DNA of 64,000 nucleotides from a virus (IMGVR_UViG_3300028832_000004:1-64000); one strand, 5' to 3'. Positions 29,034 to 37,818 are shown, numbered from the stretch's first letter. Notes: a model not told the origin generated them from the sequence alone. Numbers and translations: made by a program.

Positions 29034-29261
29034 TTATGCCCCGGCAAAGATGGTGTCAAGTTCGCCTTCGATCTTGGCCTGCTCGGCCTTGGCGTTTGAG
29101 AGTTCTATCTGCTTTGCGTCTCGAATCTTGATGAGTGTCGGAATATCATCGGTCCCGAATTTCATTTTCAGGTCGTTGAGAATGGTGGCGCGTTTATTTT
29201 CCATGATGCCGATATCAACCTTGAGTTGATCGCGGCGCTTGATTGCGGTTTGAATATCCAT
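29034..29261 (-). CDS. small coiled-coil protein of the SbcC module
   Basis: GGAG RBS; MDIQTAIKRRDQLK... Confidence 0.7.
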   Translation of the reverse strand: MDIQTAIKRRDQLKVDIGIMENKRATILNDLKMKFGTDDIPTLIKIRDAKQIELSNAKAEQAKIEGELDTIFAGA

Positions 29262-29508
29262 TATTAGATCTCCGTGTAAGATGTACATATATACGGAATG
29301 CCCGCAAGGGTGGGGTCGGCGTATAATAGGGATACATGTGCCGAGGGTGGCGACGGAAGCACGCCGTTTGTATATTATGGATACATTAGCAAGCATGTCC
29401 AGTCCCCTTGCGCCACGAAAAAGAATTTAGAGAAATCCCGTTTGCAATACCCGGGGCTGGACACTTTGGGGCATTGCGGCGGGATTTCTCATTTTTTTTA
29501 TTGATGGT

Positions 29509-30864
29509 ATGCTACAATACATCAACAATCGCGCCATGGCCAAGGCAGATGCGGTCGCCTTCAAGTCCGGGAAAGGCCCGGCGGCGACGCAATTCTATTG
29601 CCTTGAAAATGAAACATGGGACGATATTGTGTATTTGGCATCAAATGGGTATACCATCGCCCGCGCCGGGAAAAGAACCTCCTTCGTATTCCTTGACATA
29701 GATGGCGGAAATGCCGAGGCGGCTGATCTCAAAAATGTAATAATCGGGTGGAACACCGCAGTTATCCTCCCATCCACATCCAAAAATCCCATAAAGCATC
29801 ATGTCCTTATCAAAATTCCGGAAATTGAAATAGCGGACGAAATTGACGGGCAGGCGGAACAGGCACAGCGCGAATTTCGAAGGCTGGTCCTAAATCTATT
29901 TCACGATCTTGAACGGCGCCTGCCTCCGGGAAAGCGCATCGTCTTAGACGATGCCTCCACCTATTACTGGCAATGCCTCTATTCGGCATGCGACTTGGAT
30001 GATTTTAATCCGGATATCCCCGCCGCCTGCGGGGGAAGCCGGATCAAAGGCTGGATACGCAAATACAGGGCGCCTAAATACATGGATGCGCCGGACGGAT
30101 GCAAACGCTACATCCCGTCATGCCCGCGCCAACTCAATCGCGCCTACGGGAAGCATGAAAGGAAAGGGCTGCGCCTAGAATGGGACGCATGCACCTACGG
30201 GAATCAAGGAGGCGAGCTTGGGTATCATATCCACATAATCCCCGAGGGGAAACGGGGCAAATCGTTGGACCGCCTTTGCATGGCCAAGGCCTATTATGGG
30301 CACTACTGTAACATCCATTATGGCGGGGATAAAGGCGGGGTGTTATTTACGGCGGACGATGCCATTGCGTCCGTCCGATCCACAATCCGGCTCCAATTTG
30401 AAAAGGGCAAGAACTACCTGAACGAGAAGGCCTCCGAAATAATAGCGAAGTGCCGCTATTTTTGGAATGAAATTGAGGAGTCAGGGCTGGAAGTATTTGC
30501 CCGCCGGATCGAACGGCTGCTGGGTGAACGGCTGAAGGATGGGTATGTCCCGAGATCCCATGAAACCTCCAAATTATATGCGGACCATCTTGAAGAATTT
30601 TCCGCATGCACAACTAAAGAGGCCGCGATAGATTTAGCCTATGGCATCGCCGAAGGGGATGCCAAGATAGGGCAGCGATTGTATCGAAAATGGGCCAAGT
30701 CAAAAGAGGCACGCAAAAGCGTGCATATGGAATGGAAGGCCATCATCGAAAATGCCCCAAGAAATGAAAAAGGACGGTTAATCCTCCCAAAACGCCTATA
30801 TGGACCAAATTTCAAGCGTTTCCTCAAAAAACTAGGAATAACAGACAAGTTGTCGTGGCGTTAA
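29509..30864 (+). CDS. AEP/replicase-like replication protein
   Basis: FVFLDID (DxD), PSTS..KHH, PriCT-like IPEGKRG. Confidence 0.55.
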   Translation: MLQYINNRAMAKADAVAFKSGKGPAATQFYCLENETWDDIVYLASNGYTIARAGKRTSFVFLDIDGGNAEAADLKNVIIGWNTAVILPSTSKNPIKHHVLIKIPEIEIADEIDGQAEQAQREFRRLVLNLFHDLERRLPPGKRIVLDDASTYYWQCLYSACDLDDFNPDIPAACGGSRIKGWIRKYRAPKYMDAPDGCKRYIPSCPRQLNRAYGKHERKGLRLEWDACTYGNQGGELGYHIHIIPEGKRGKSLDRLCMAKAYYGHYCNIHYGGDKGGVLFTADDAIASVRSTIRLQFEKGKNYLNEKASEIIAKCRYFWNEIEESGLEVFARRIERLLGERLKDGYVPRSHETSKLYADHLEEFSACTTKEAAIDLAYGIAEGDAKIGQRLYRKWAKSKEARKSVHMEWKAIIENAPRNEKGRLILPKRLYGPNFKRFLKKLGITDKLSWR

Positions 30865-30870
30865 TGCAAC

Positions 30871-31005
30871 TTTAAGTCTGATTGCCCTTAGATATACCTC
30901 CCCCCCCCCAATATAATAGAAGGGCAATCAGACTTAAATTGAATGAGCCCAATAAACATAAGGGGTTTGTAAAAAATTAAGTCTGATTGCCCTTAGATAT
31001 ACCTC
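30871..31005. repeat. three copies of TTAAGTCTGATTGCCCTT (direct-inverted-direct); origin-like
   Basis: 19-bp perfect inverted repeat at 30871-30889/30920-30938 around a C10 tract; 29-bp direct repeat at 30872-30900/30977-31005. Confidence 0.9.
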
Positions 31006-31019
31006 AAAAGGAGAGCAAA

Positions 31020-31235
31020 ATGGCAATAATTCGAATAATACTAGGAAAGGATGGGCGCCCCATCTCCGCCGAGCAACGGGACGAGATGGAACGGGCGGCA
31101 CGGGAATATGATCAAAAGGTCCGGGATGCGATCGCAAAAGACGAGCTGCGCAAAAAGATGAAACCGCCTAAAAAGAAGGGCAGGAGATCCGGAACAATGC
31201 ATGGGCGCTATTTAAAGGCGTTTTACGGCAAATAA
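31020..31235 (+). CDS. small basic protein
   Basis: AGGAG RBS; MAIIRIILGKDG... Confidence 0.6.
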   Translation: MAIIRIILGKDGRPISAEQRDEMERAAREYDQKVRDAIAKDELRKKMKPPKKKGRRSGTMHGRYLKAFYGK

Positions 31236-31303
31236 TAGCGGCACACGCATGTTTGTATGCCAAATAGAAAATATCGCCTTAAATGCGCTTATATGCGCAA
31301 ATA

Positions 31304-31332
31304 AAAAGCCGCCTAGCAACTAGGCGGCTTTT
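31304..31332. terminator. bidirectional terminator
   Basis: AAAAGCCGCCTAG-caa-CTAGGCGGCTTTT. Confidence 0.8.
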
Positions 31333-31354
31333 AGAAATGGGATTTTTTTTCGAA

Positions 31355-32266
31355 TCATGCGGCGGATGTGAGGGATTCCATAACTTCCGTGAGGACCTGC
31401 TGAACGCCTTCGGGGAGTGTAGGCATCTTTTCGGCGAGCGCCTCGGAGAACGATTTCATTGAAATTGCCCCGGACTGGAGCGAGGCAATGAAGTGCGCCT
31501 TCATCCCTTCGACCTGATGCTCGCGCGCAAGATATTCGGTGGAGACGGTCCCTTGCACCGGAATGTCAACGCGTTCAGCCGAAAGGTCAAATGTGTCATA
31601 TATGTAGACATGCGGCTGGTAGTCCTTCATGTCGGCTGCCTGAATGTTCAAGCATCCCGGAGTAATGACGCGGCGGCCATCCTTAGGGCTGGTGTAAATG
31701 TAGCCGTGGTGGTAGTCGCCGGTGAGCACTACGCTTGCGGCCGGGCATGCGTCCAACAGATCCGGTGCGATGACGCCTTTCATTCCGGCGATTGGCTTTG
31801 CGGCTTCATTAGGGAAGGTGAGCTGGTGGGTTGCCCATGTATGAATTGAATTCGCCTTCATATAGGCGGACAATTCCGCATATTGCGGTTCCATTCCGAA
31901 CGGGAATGCGGAAATGCCCACACTTTTATCTTCCGCAAGCATCATGTATTTATGAAGAATGATACCAATGGAAGAGCGCTCCAGTTCGCGGAAGCTATGA
32001 TACGGAAGGTCATGGTTTCCGCAGAGTACACGGATCTCGCATGGCGCCTTTTCAAATTCCTGAAGGACGAGGTTAACCGCCTCGGTGGAGACGCGGCTTG
32101 TGTCGAACAGGTCCCCGAGGATCCAAATAGATTCAACCTTCTTGGCGCGGGCAATTTCCCACACGGATTCAATATCGCGTCTTTGTGCCTCGATCCAATC
32201 TTCATCGGCACGGCAAAGCGGGCGCGTTCCGCTTATATGCCAGTCGGCAGTGATTAAACACCTCAA
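31355..32266 (-). CDS. SbcD/Mre11 metallophosphoesterase nuclease
   Basis: ADWH, GDLFD, GNHD, GDYH, PG. Confidence 0.9.
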   Translation of the reverse strand: MRCLITADWHISGTRPLCRADEDWIEAQRRDIESVWEIARAKKVESIWILGDLFDTSRVSTEAVNLVLQEFEKAPCEIRVLCGNHDLPYHSFRELERSSIGIILHKYMMLAEDKSVGISAFPFGMEPQYAELSAYMKANSIHTWATHQLTFPNEAAKPIAGMKGVIAPDLLDACPAASVVLTGDYHHGYIYTSPKDGRRVITPGCLNIQAADMKDYQPHVYIYDTFDLSAERVDIPVQGTVSTEYLAREHQVEGMKAHFIASLQSGAISMKSFSEALAEKMPTLPEGVQQVLTEVMESLTSAA

Positions 32267-32288
32267 TTTTGATCTCCTTTATTCAGCA

Positions 32289-32531
32289 TTAAAGAATGTC
32301 TTCGCCCTTATTTATGATATCCTCTATTAAATTGCTAACCGGATTGCTCAACGACTCATCGGGCCGGCATCTTGGCGCAAAAGCCGTGGAAAGGGCGATG
32401 AGGCATGCGACCAAGTGGGCGGCGCCCCTAAGGATAGCATATACGAGTGTTGCGGGGATGGCGGAGATGGCCCATGCGAGGGCCCATGCCCGTCGAAGTT
32501 TAGGTTTCTTTTTAATTTTGAATGCGGTCAT
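32289..32531 (-). CDS. small membrane protein
   Basis: Hydrophobic segments; CGTATATT-N5-ATG upstream. Confidence 0.55.
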   Translation of the reverse strand: MTAFKIKKKPKLRRAWALAWAISAIPATLVYAILRGAAHLVACLIALSTAFAPRCRPDESLSNPVSNLIEDIINKGEDIL

Positions 32532-32596
32532 GCAATAATATACGGACAGGTTGCGCCAATCAAAGTTTTATATGCGAATAATGACTTCGCGCGTCA

Positions 32597-33085
32597 TTAT
32601 TCGTATTCCGCCGCTTTTTTTCTACACTTCATTTCTGCTATTATTAAAAGGTTTTCCATAATGGATTGGCTCCTTTTTGTCCCTGGCCGGCGCCTGCGGT
32701 ATAAATCAATCCTGAAGTTGTGGCAGTAGTTTGCTCTCGCAAGCCACAGGGCATGTTTCGTTTCACGGAGATTTTCCTCATACGTCCACACTGCTAATCC
32801 TGCTTGGCCTTCGGTGACTTCGTCAATATAATGCAATTCATTTTTCAGCCTTTCGTTTTCGGCTTTCAGCTTTTCTACATAATTTGCAACATCAATGGTA
32901 TTTTTGAATCCCATCTTAGAGAACCCGCAACCGTCCCAAAAGAAGTCTTTCTGTTGTATCCTATCTTTCAGCTCGGCGATGGCGGCGTCTACTTCGCCTT
33001 TTCCATACATTTGCAGCGTTATACTTGTACCCTGAGGTACTACTGTTTCGGCTTTCAGTCCGTCGCACTTCATAGTTTCCTCCAA
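32597..33085 (-). CDS. hypothetical protein (MKCDxL paralog family)
   Basis: MKCDGLK..YGKGEVDAAIAELK..ENERLK..ALWLARA. Confidence 0.7.
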   Translation of the reverse strand: MEETMKCDGLKAETVVPQGTSITLQMYGKGEVDAAIAELKDRIQQKDFFWDGCGFSKMGFKNTIDVANYVEKLKAENERLKNELHYIDEVTEGQAGLAVWTYEENLRETKHALWLARANYCHNFRIDLYRRRRPGTKRSQSIMENLLIIAEMKCRKKAAEYE

Positions 33086-33088
33086 ATC

Positions 33089-33394
33089 TTAGCGACCACC
33101 AATGCGGCCACACGCGTAGCCTTTTTTCCATGCATCAAATTCACCACTTTCAGGGCATCGTAAGGCAAAGAATTTAGTCGTTGCGTCATATTTTACGGAG
33201 GCCCATCCTTTTGCGCCGCTGAGGGCAGCATCGCTGACGTCGGCACCGCGGAGATTCGCACTAATGAGGTAGGCGTTGCTAAGGTCTGCATGGCGGAGAT
33301 TAGCTTTCAGGTTTTCCCAGCCCTCGCAATCTCTTAGCAGCCAATGTTTATGATTCTCGATAATCTTGTTTAATTCGTCTTGCGTGTATTGCAT
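33089..33394 (-). CDS. pentapeptide-repeat protein, probably C-terminally truncated
   Basis: ANLRHADLSNAYLISANLRGADVS; ends shortly after CPESGEFDAWKK. Confidence 0.7.
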   Translation of the reverse strand: MQYTQDELNKIIENHKHWLLRDCEGWENLKANLRHADLSNAYLISANLRGADVSDAALSGAKGWASVKYDATTKFFALRCPESGEFDAWKKGYACGRIGGR

Positions 33395-33398
33395 AGTG

Positions 33399-33557
33399 CT
33401 AGCCTCCGCAAATTATAGAAGTAACCATGTCCCCGACAATAACCAGCGCAACGGCGGCAATGGCAAGCAGGCGATCGCGGGCGGGATGGCCCTTGCGCTG
33501 CCGTTCCCAATATTCAGGGCATTTATATTCGTTGAAATAAGCGTGATTGCGCTTCAT
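33399..33557 (-). CDS. small membrane protein
   Basis: First gene after promoter cassette copy 2; C-terminal TM segment. Confidence 0.6.
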   Translation of the reverse strand: MKRNHAYFNEYKCPEYWERQRKGHPARDRLLAIAAVALVIVGDMVTSIICGG

Positions 33558-33655
33558 AAGATCTTTCCTTGATTTAGTGCTACCTGCACCGTTATGTCTA
33601 TAATATAACTTCGTTGTTTGAAAAAGACACCCCGTTTTGGGAAGATTCTCGCTTC
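33558..33655 (-). promoter_or_regulatory. repeated promoter/stem-loop/RBS cassette, copy 2
   Basis: GTGTCT-N17-TATATT, GGTGC-AGGTA-GCACT, AATCAAGGAAAG. Confidence 0.8.
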
Positions 33656-33669
33656 TTCGTGGCGGCATC

Positions 33670-33879
33670 CTACCCGATGAGAATTTTCGCTAGCTTGTCG
33701 CCAAGCACCAGCAATACGCCAATGCCATAGGCCACGGGCAAGTTTTTGATGAGCCATAAGAAGGCGCGCCGATGGGCACGACGTGGGGTGGCTCCGGCCC
33801 TACGTTCCAAGAAATAGACTACGATGTATGCGATAACCGGCATAAACACCGTTATGAGCAAAATTACGTGACCTGTCAT
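33670..33879 (-). CDS. small membrane protein
   Basis: GGGGG RBS; 2 TM segments. Confidence 0.6.
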   Translation of the reverse strand: MTGHVILLITVFMPVIAYIVVYFLERRAGATPRRAHRRAFLWLIKNLPVAYGIGVLLVLGDKLAKILIG

Positions 33880-33880
33880 A

Positions 33881-34219
33881 TTACCCCCTAAATCTATCAG
33901 TGAGCGCCCGCCACTTACGGTCATGGTAGAAGCGAAGATCGTCAATTAAGTCATTGGGTTCGATGTGGCGCGGGCGGTTGCGTTCCAAGTCATTCGGCGT
34001 TGTCAACCTGCAGTTAATCAACCAGCATTCGTGCTGAAACTTGCTAATGAATATCGACTTGTATGGATTGTAAATAACTGGTGGCGGATTAGGATCGATA
34101 ATAGTCGCCGAAACAAAGTGCTCGTATTCGAAGAACTTGATGTCGGGAAAAAATGCCCTCAAAAGAATTTTAAACGTTTCAATATCCATTTTATATTCTG
34201 TTTCATTCAACATGGCCAT
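33881..34219 (-). CDS. hypothetical protein
   Basis: 112 aa ORF in a packed operon. Confidence 0.65.
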   Translation of the reverse strand: MAMLNETEYKMDIETFKILLRAFFPDIKFFEYEHFVSATIIDPNPPPVIYNPYKSIFISKFQHECWLINCRLTTPNDLERNRPRHIEPNDLIDDLRFYHDRKWRALTDRFRG

Positions 34220-34222
34220 ATT

Positions 34223-34621
34223 TTACCCCCTAAATTTGTCTGCAAGTTCGGTCCATCTACTGGACCACTTTTTAGCCCAGCGTATCCATTTTAGCCAACC
34301 GTCCCCAAACCCTTCCTCGGCATCGTACTCTGCACGATAATGACCGGCCTTCTCGCTGGACATGTTAGCCATCGCGCGGCAACACTTGCGCTTATAATGG
34401 CGAATTTCCTGTTCAGCCTCGGCTTTGAGTCTTTTAATTTCTGCATTCAGCCTACCTATTTCGGCGCCGTTCTCGATTAGCAAGTCATCCTTAATTTTCA
34501 AGGCGGCTTTCATTTCGGAGATGGCGTCGTCAACATCGGCCTTATCGTATACCACGTGCTCTGTATAGCATCCGGGATACCCTTCATATATGGTTTTTGA
34601 TTCTAATTCGTCGCATTTCAT
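34223..34621 (-). CDS. hypothetical protein (MKCDxL paralog family)
   Basis: MKCDELE..YDKADVDDAISEMK..EIKRLK. Confidence 0.7.
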   Translation of the reverse strand: MKCDELESKTIYEGYPGCYTEHVVYDKADVDDAISEMKAALKIKDDLLIENGAEIGRLNAEIKRLKAEAEQEIRHYKRKCCRAMANMSSEKAGHYRAEYDAEEGFGDGWLKWIRWAKKWSSRWTELADKFRG

Positions 34622-34647
34622 ATTTTTACTCCTTGGTGTGTGTCCGA

Positions 34648-34993
34648 TTAACCGGCACTCTTTTTCATATTCATGGGCGGATTCTCCGGTCGATAGATTA
34701 CCCGAAAATTAGGATTCGGCGCTCGCCTAAGTTCTTCAGGAATTTCATCATCAATCCAACGATGATTTTTACCAGTCCAGTACCAATAACCGTCATCGTT
34801 GTCGCGATAAAGCATTGGATTCTCGGTGAAAGTATGGAATCGCGGAGAATAAAGCGGCTCGTCCATAGCGACATAGCAGTGATGTTCATTCGCATAAGCC
34901 TGAAGCCATTTGACCAGGTCTTCAGCCGGTGCCCGCGGGCACCGGCTGCGGCTTTTTACGCAAAGGCTTAGAAAGAAATCCAAAGAACTTCAT
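34648..34993 (-). pseudogene. hypothetical gene apparently frameshifted near a 26-bp palindrome
   Basis: GGAGG-ATG at 34993 gives 23 aa; the long ORF continues in the +1 frame. Confidence 0.5.
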
Positions 34994-35012
34994 TTTGGTT
35001 ACCTCCGGTTGA

Positions 35013-35303
35013 TTATCCTTCAATAAATGGGGTAGCGCTGACGGAAAACTCGCCGATAAATTTGTCCCACCACGCGTCATTCCTGATCAGGAGCTTGGCA
35101 TTGGATATGTTGCATGTTTTTGCCAAGGCATTGCGGAACGCGGCTGCACCTTTGAGGATCAAGAAGTTTTTGAAGTCCTTGCCGTGGTCCATTCGCATGC
35201 GTTTAATAATGGCGTCTTTATTCGTAAAAGCCAGCCCTACATATCGGCACTCCGAATGAATGCAGAAAAAGACATTTTCCTTATTTTTGTTATTGACCTT
35301 CAT
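35013..35303 (-). CDS. hypothetical protein
   Basis: GAGG RBS after promoter copy 3. Confidence 0.65.
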   Translation of the reverse strand: MKVNNKNKENVFFCIHSECRYVGLAFTNKDAIIKRMRMDHGKDFKNFLILKGAAAFRNALAKTCNISNAKLLIRNDAWWDKFIGEFSVSATPFIEG

Positions 35304-35385
35304 GGTTGAAACCTCATTGGTTAATCACTTACATTATAAATATACTTCCTCTTTTTGAAAAAGACACCCTATTTTTGAAAAAAAT
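35304..35385 (-). promoter_or_regulatory. promoter copy 3 (no stem-loop), divergent from copy 4
   Basis: GGGTGTCTTTTTCA..; GTGTCT-N17-TATATT. Confidence 0.75.
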
Positions 35386-35414
35386 GGGGTGATTTTAGGT
35401 GAACAGCGCAGATT

Positions 35415-35514
35415 TAAAAAGCGGGAAATTTTCACAAAACGGGTGTCTTTTTCAAATAATGAAGTTATATTATAGACATAACGGCGCAGGTAGCGCCGAA
35501 TCAAGGAAAGAACT
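35415..35514 (+). promoter_or_regulatory. repeated promoter/stem-loop/RBS cassette, copy 4
   Basis: GTGTCT-N17-TATATT, GGCGC-AGGTA-GCGCC, AATCAAGGAAAG. Confidence 0.8.
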
Positions 35515-35916
35515 ATGGCTACGCTTTATGAAAAAGAATTCACGGCACAGGTCGCCCGCTTGATCGCGGCCGGATATACTATCGCGGTCCACCCTATGTG
35601 CGGCCATCAAGGCGAAATCGCCAAGGTCTGTTTCGAAAAGGATGGCAAGTATTACGCACTGTATTTGACCAACGAGTATAACCATGACATACCATCTCCG
35701 GAAAATCCCGGAGATGAAGTCCGCATAATTTTTGGATACGCTCCCGGGGATTACGGGGAGCCGTATTCTACAATGTGGCTGAAAAACGTATCTGAAATTG
35801 AACGCCGCACCTTTTACATCATCGGCGGCTATAACAAAAAGAACGCGTTTATCACGGAAGATAAAGACGCGGCTTGGAAGGCAGCGCAAGAACACGAGGT
35901 AGCGGCATGCCGGTAA
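35515..35916 (+). CDS. hypothetical early protein
   Basis: First gene after cassette copy 4. Confidence 0.7.
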   Translation: MATLYEKEFTAQVARLIAAGYTIAVHPMCGHQGEIAKVCFEKDGKYYALYLTNEYNHDIPSPENPGDEVRIIFGYAPGDYGEPYSTMWLKNVSEIERRTFYIIGGYNKKNAFITEDKDAAWKAAQEHEVAACR

Positions 35917-36437
35917 AAACACTAGCGATGCGTAGGCTCAACGGCCAAAAACGCTCATTCTACTGCGATGATGGGTGCCATCACCGTAACATCGACTTCT
36001 ACCCCGCAGAGCTCGTCGAAAAGATTATTACAGATCTCGCCAACGAAGTGCTGGACGGCCGCAAGGCGTTGAATTCCGCCTTCGATCATTATCGTGCCAA
36101 GCGCAAGGAACTGCGGGACGAGCGCCACGCCGCCATCGCCGAACTCCACGCGCTTCAAAACAAAATGTGCGAGGATGTGTTCGAAGGCGTTTCGCCGCGC
36201 CATATCCAGTGCCCGCCTTTGAGATACGCCGCCTTCATCACCAACAAGACGCGCCGGAACTATTACCTTGCCCTGGCGCGTGCCGCCGAAACCGGTCGCC
36301 TCTTTTGGGCAAAAGAAGGCATCTTTGCTTTGCGCGAAGGACGCAAGAAAGATTCGGAAAAGGCTTACAAGCTGGAACTGCGCCGTAGCCGTCAGGTTCG
36401 CGTATTCACTGCGAAGGCTATGGAGGTTAAAATCTAA
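35874..36437 (+). CDS. hypothetical protein, distantly like the MKCDxL family; start probably at MPVKTL
   Basis: FYPAELVEKIITDL..RRNYYLALARA. Confidence 0.65.
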   Translation: MEGSARTRGSGMPVKTLAMRRLNGQKRSFYCDDGCHHRNIDFYPAELVEKIITDLANEVLDGRKALNSAFDHYRAKRKELRDERHAAIAELHALQNKMCEDVFEGVSPRHIQCPPLRYAAFITNKTRRNYYLALARAAETGRLFWAKEGIFALREGRKKDSEKAYKLELRRSRQVRVFTAKAMEVKI

Positions 36438-36667
36438 TGACAGATGAAGAATTCCAAAAGGCGCCGGACTGGTCTTACTGGACCCCGAAACGCATCCTCA
36501 AGAAGAAGTGCGATTGCCCGGACTTCTGTGAACGGCGCGTTGTGGGTTGCGGCTATGATGGCAGCAAGCAGTATTTGTGCAAGAACTGCGGCCAAATTTA
36601 TGAGGTGAAAGGGCTCCGCCCGATTCGCATTCGAGGGACCAAAAAAGGAACACTGCGGAGGTTGTGA
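36437..36667 (+). CDS. small Cys-rich (zinc-ribbon) protein
   Basis: GGAGG RBS; CDC..CKNCG. Confidence 0.6.
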   Translation: MTDEEFQKAPDWSYWTPKRILKKKCDCPDFCERRVVGCGYDGSKQYLCKNCGQIYEVKGLRPIRIRGTKKGTLRRL

Positions 36668-36850
36668 TGGCAGCTGTGGATTACTGTAAAAAAACGACCA
36701 TTGCCCGACGCGGTCAAGGAAGCACTCCTTGATTTAGTCGATCGATTGGATTATTACTATTACGATAAAGAAAGCAGCCAATACAAAGGCCTGCATAGTG
36801 TTGTCGCCGACAAGTTGAAATACGTACATCGAAAAATGGATGGAAAATAA
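36667..36850 (+). pseudogene. small gene frameshifted at an A7 run
   Basis: GGAGG-N5-ATG; removing one A at 36688-36694 gives MAAVDYCKKRPLPDAVKEALLDLVD...DGK. Confidence 0.5.
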
Positions 36851-36867
36851 TTGGGAGAGGCAGCCAA

Positions 36868-37203
36868 ATGAGCAAGTATCCTAAACAAACAATTATGATT
36901 TGCACGAAATGCGGGTTGACCGAACCGCAAACCAAACAGAACGAAACCGGCTATTGCAGCCGCTGCGATACATTTCATATGGTCGCGAAGGCTGGAACGC
37001 GCGTCTATTTGACGGCGGATGAAGTCCAAGTCATCAAGAAGGCGCTGGACGCTTATTCCGACCACTGCGGCGAAGTCATTGGGGACTACAAAGAAAGTGA
37101 AACCTTGGGGATGCCGCATACGGACTTTGAAACGGAGAACTATAATGAAGCATTCCACGATCGGGATGTGATCCGGCTCTCGCTATCGGGCAAGCTCAAA
37201 TAA
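36868..37203 (+). CDS. hypothetical protein with CxxC..CxxC
   Basis: CTKC..CSRC; GGAG/GAGG RBS. Confidence 0.65.
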   Translation: MSKYPKQTIMICTKCGLTEPQTKQNETGYCSRCDTFHMVAKAGTRVYLTADEVQVIKKALDAYSDHCGEVIGDYKESETLGMPHTDFETENYNEAFHDRDVIRLSLSGKLK

Positions 37204-37238
37204 AGGTGCATAGACAGCGATTTAAGGCGATTAAAAAT

Positions 37239-37260
37239 GGCAGGCATGTAAATGCCTGCC
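37239..37260. terminator. bidirectional terminator
   Basis: GGCAGGCAT-gtaa-ATGCCTGCC followed by TTT. Confidence 0.7.
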
Positions 37261-37341
37261 TTTAATATTTGAAGCGCTTATACGCGCCTTTACGTGCATT
37301 TAATCGCCCGTTTATTCGCCCCTTTAATGGCTCCGGCGAAT

Positions 37342-37818
37342 TTAAATATCGGCGCTCTTGGGGAGCAGCTTCTGCGTTTCTTCGCGGACCTGCTGGAGCA
37401 ATTTTTCATATTCGCGCAAAGTAAGGTGCTTGTGATCCGGTGTGATGTAGATGGGGATTCCAGTCGGGAGCGGCTTTCCGTTTTCCATCGGCCATACCTT
37501 GATGCCACGCGCAAGGTATACGTCAAAAAAGATGTCGGATATCTTGCGGCGGATCACATCATAGCCTTTACCTTTGAGATACTCAATCGCCTTGTCCGCA
37601 TCGTTCGGCTGGCTTTTGGGAATGGAAAAGTTAAAGGAGAAGGTGATCAAATCATCCGCAGATTTCACGAGGGAATCAAGGGTTGCAAGATCTTTGACAA
37701 ACATGCAATCGCCGATGCGGAAATCGCGGTATCCATCTTTAAACTTATACTGGACGAGATAGCCATCCGCATTTTCAAGGGTGGCGGCTTCGTTCTTGTG
37801 TATCATCTTGATATTCAT
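37342..37818 (-). CDS. hypothetical protein
   Basis: Own GTATATT element and AAGGA RBS. Confidence 0.7.
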   Translation of the reverse strand: MNIKMIHKNEAATLENADGYLVQYKFKDGYRDFRIGDCMFVKDLATLDSLVKSADDLITFSFNFSIPKSQPNDADKAIEYLKGKGYDVIRRKISDIFFDVYLARGIKVWPMENGKPLPTGIPIYITPDHKHLTLREYEKLLQQVREETQKLLPKSADI

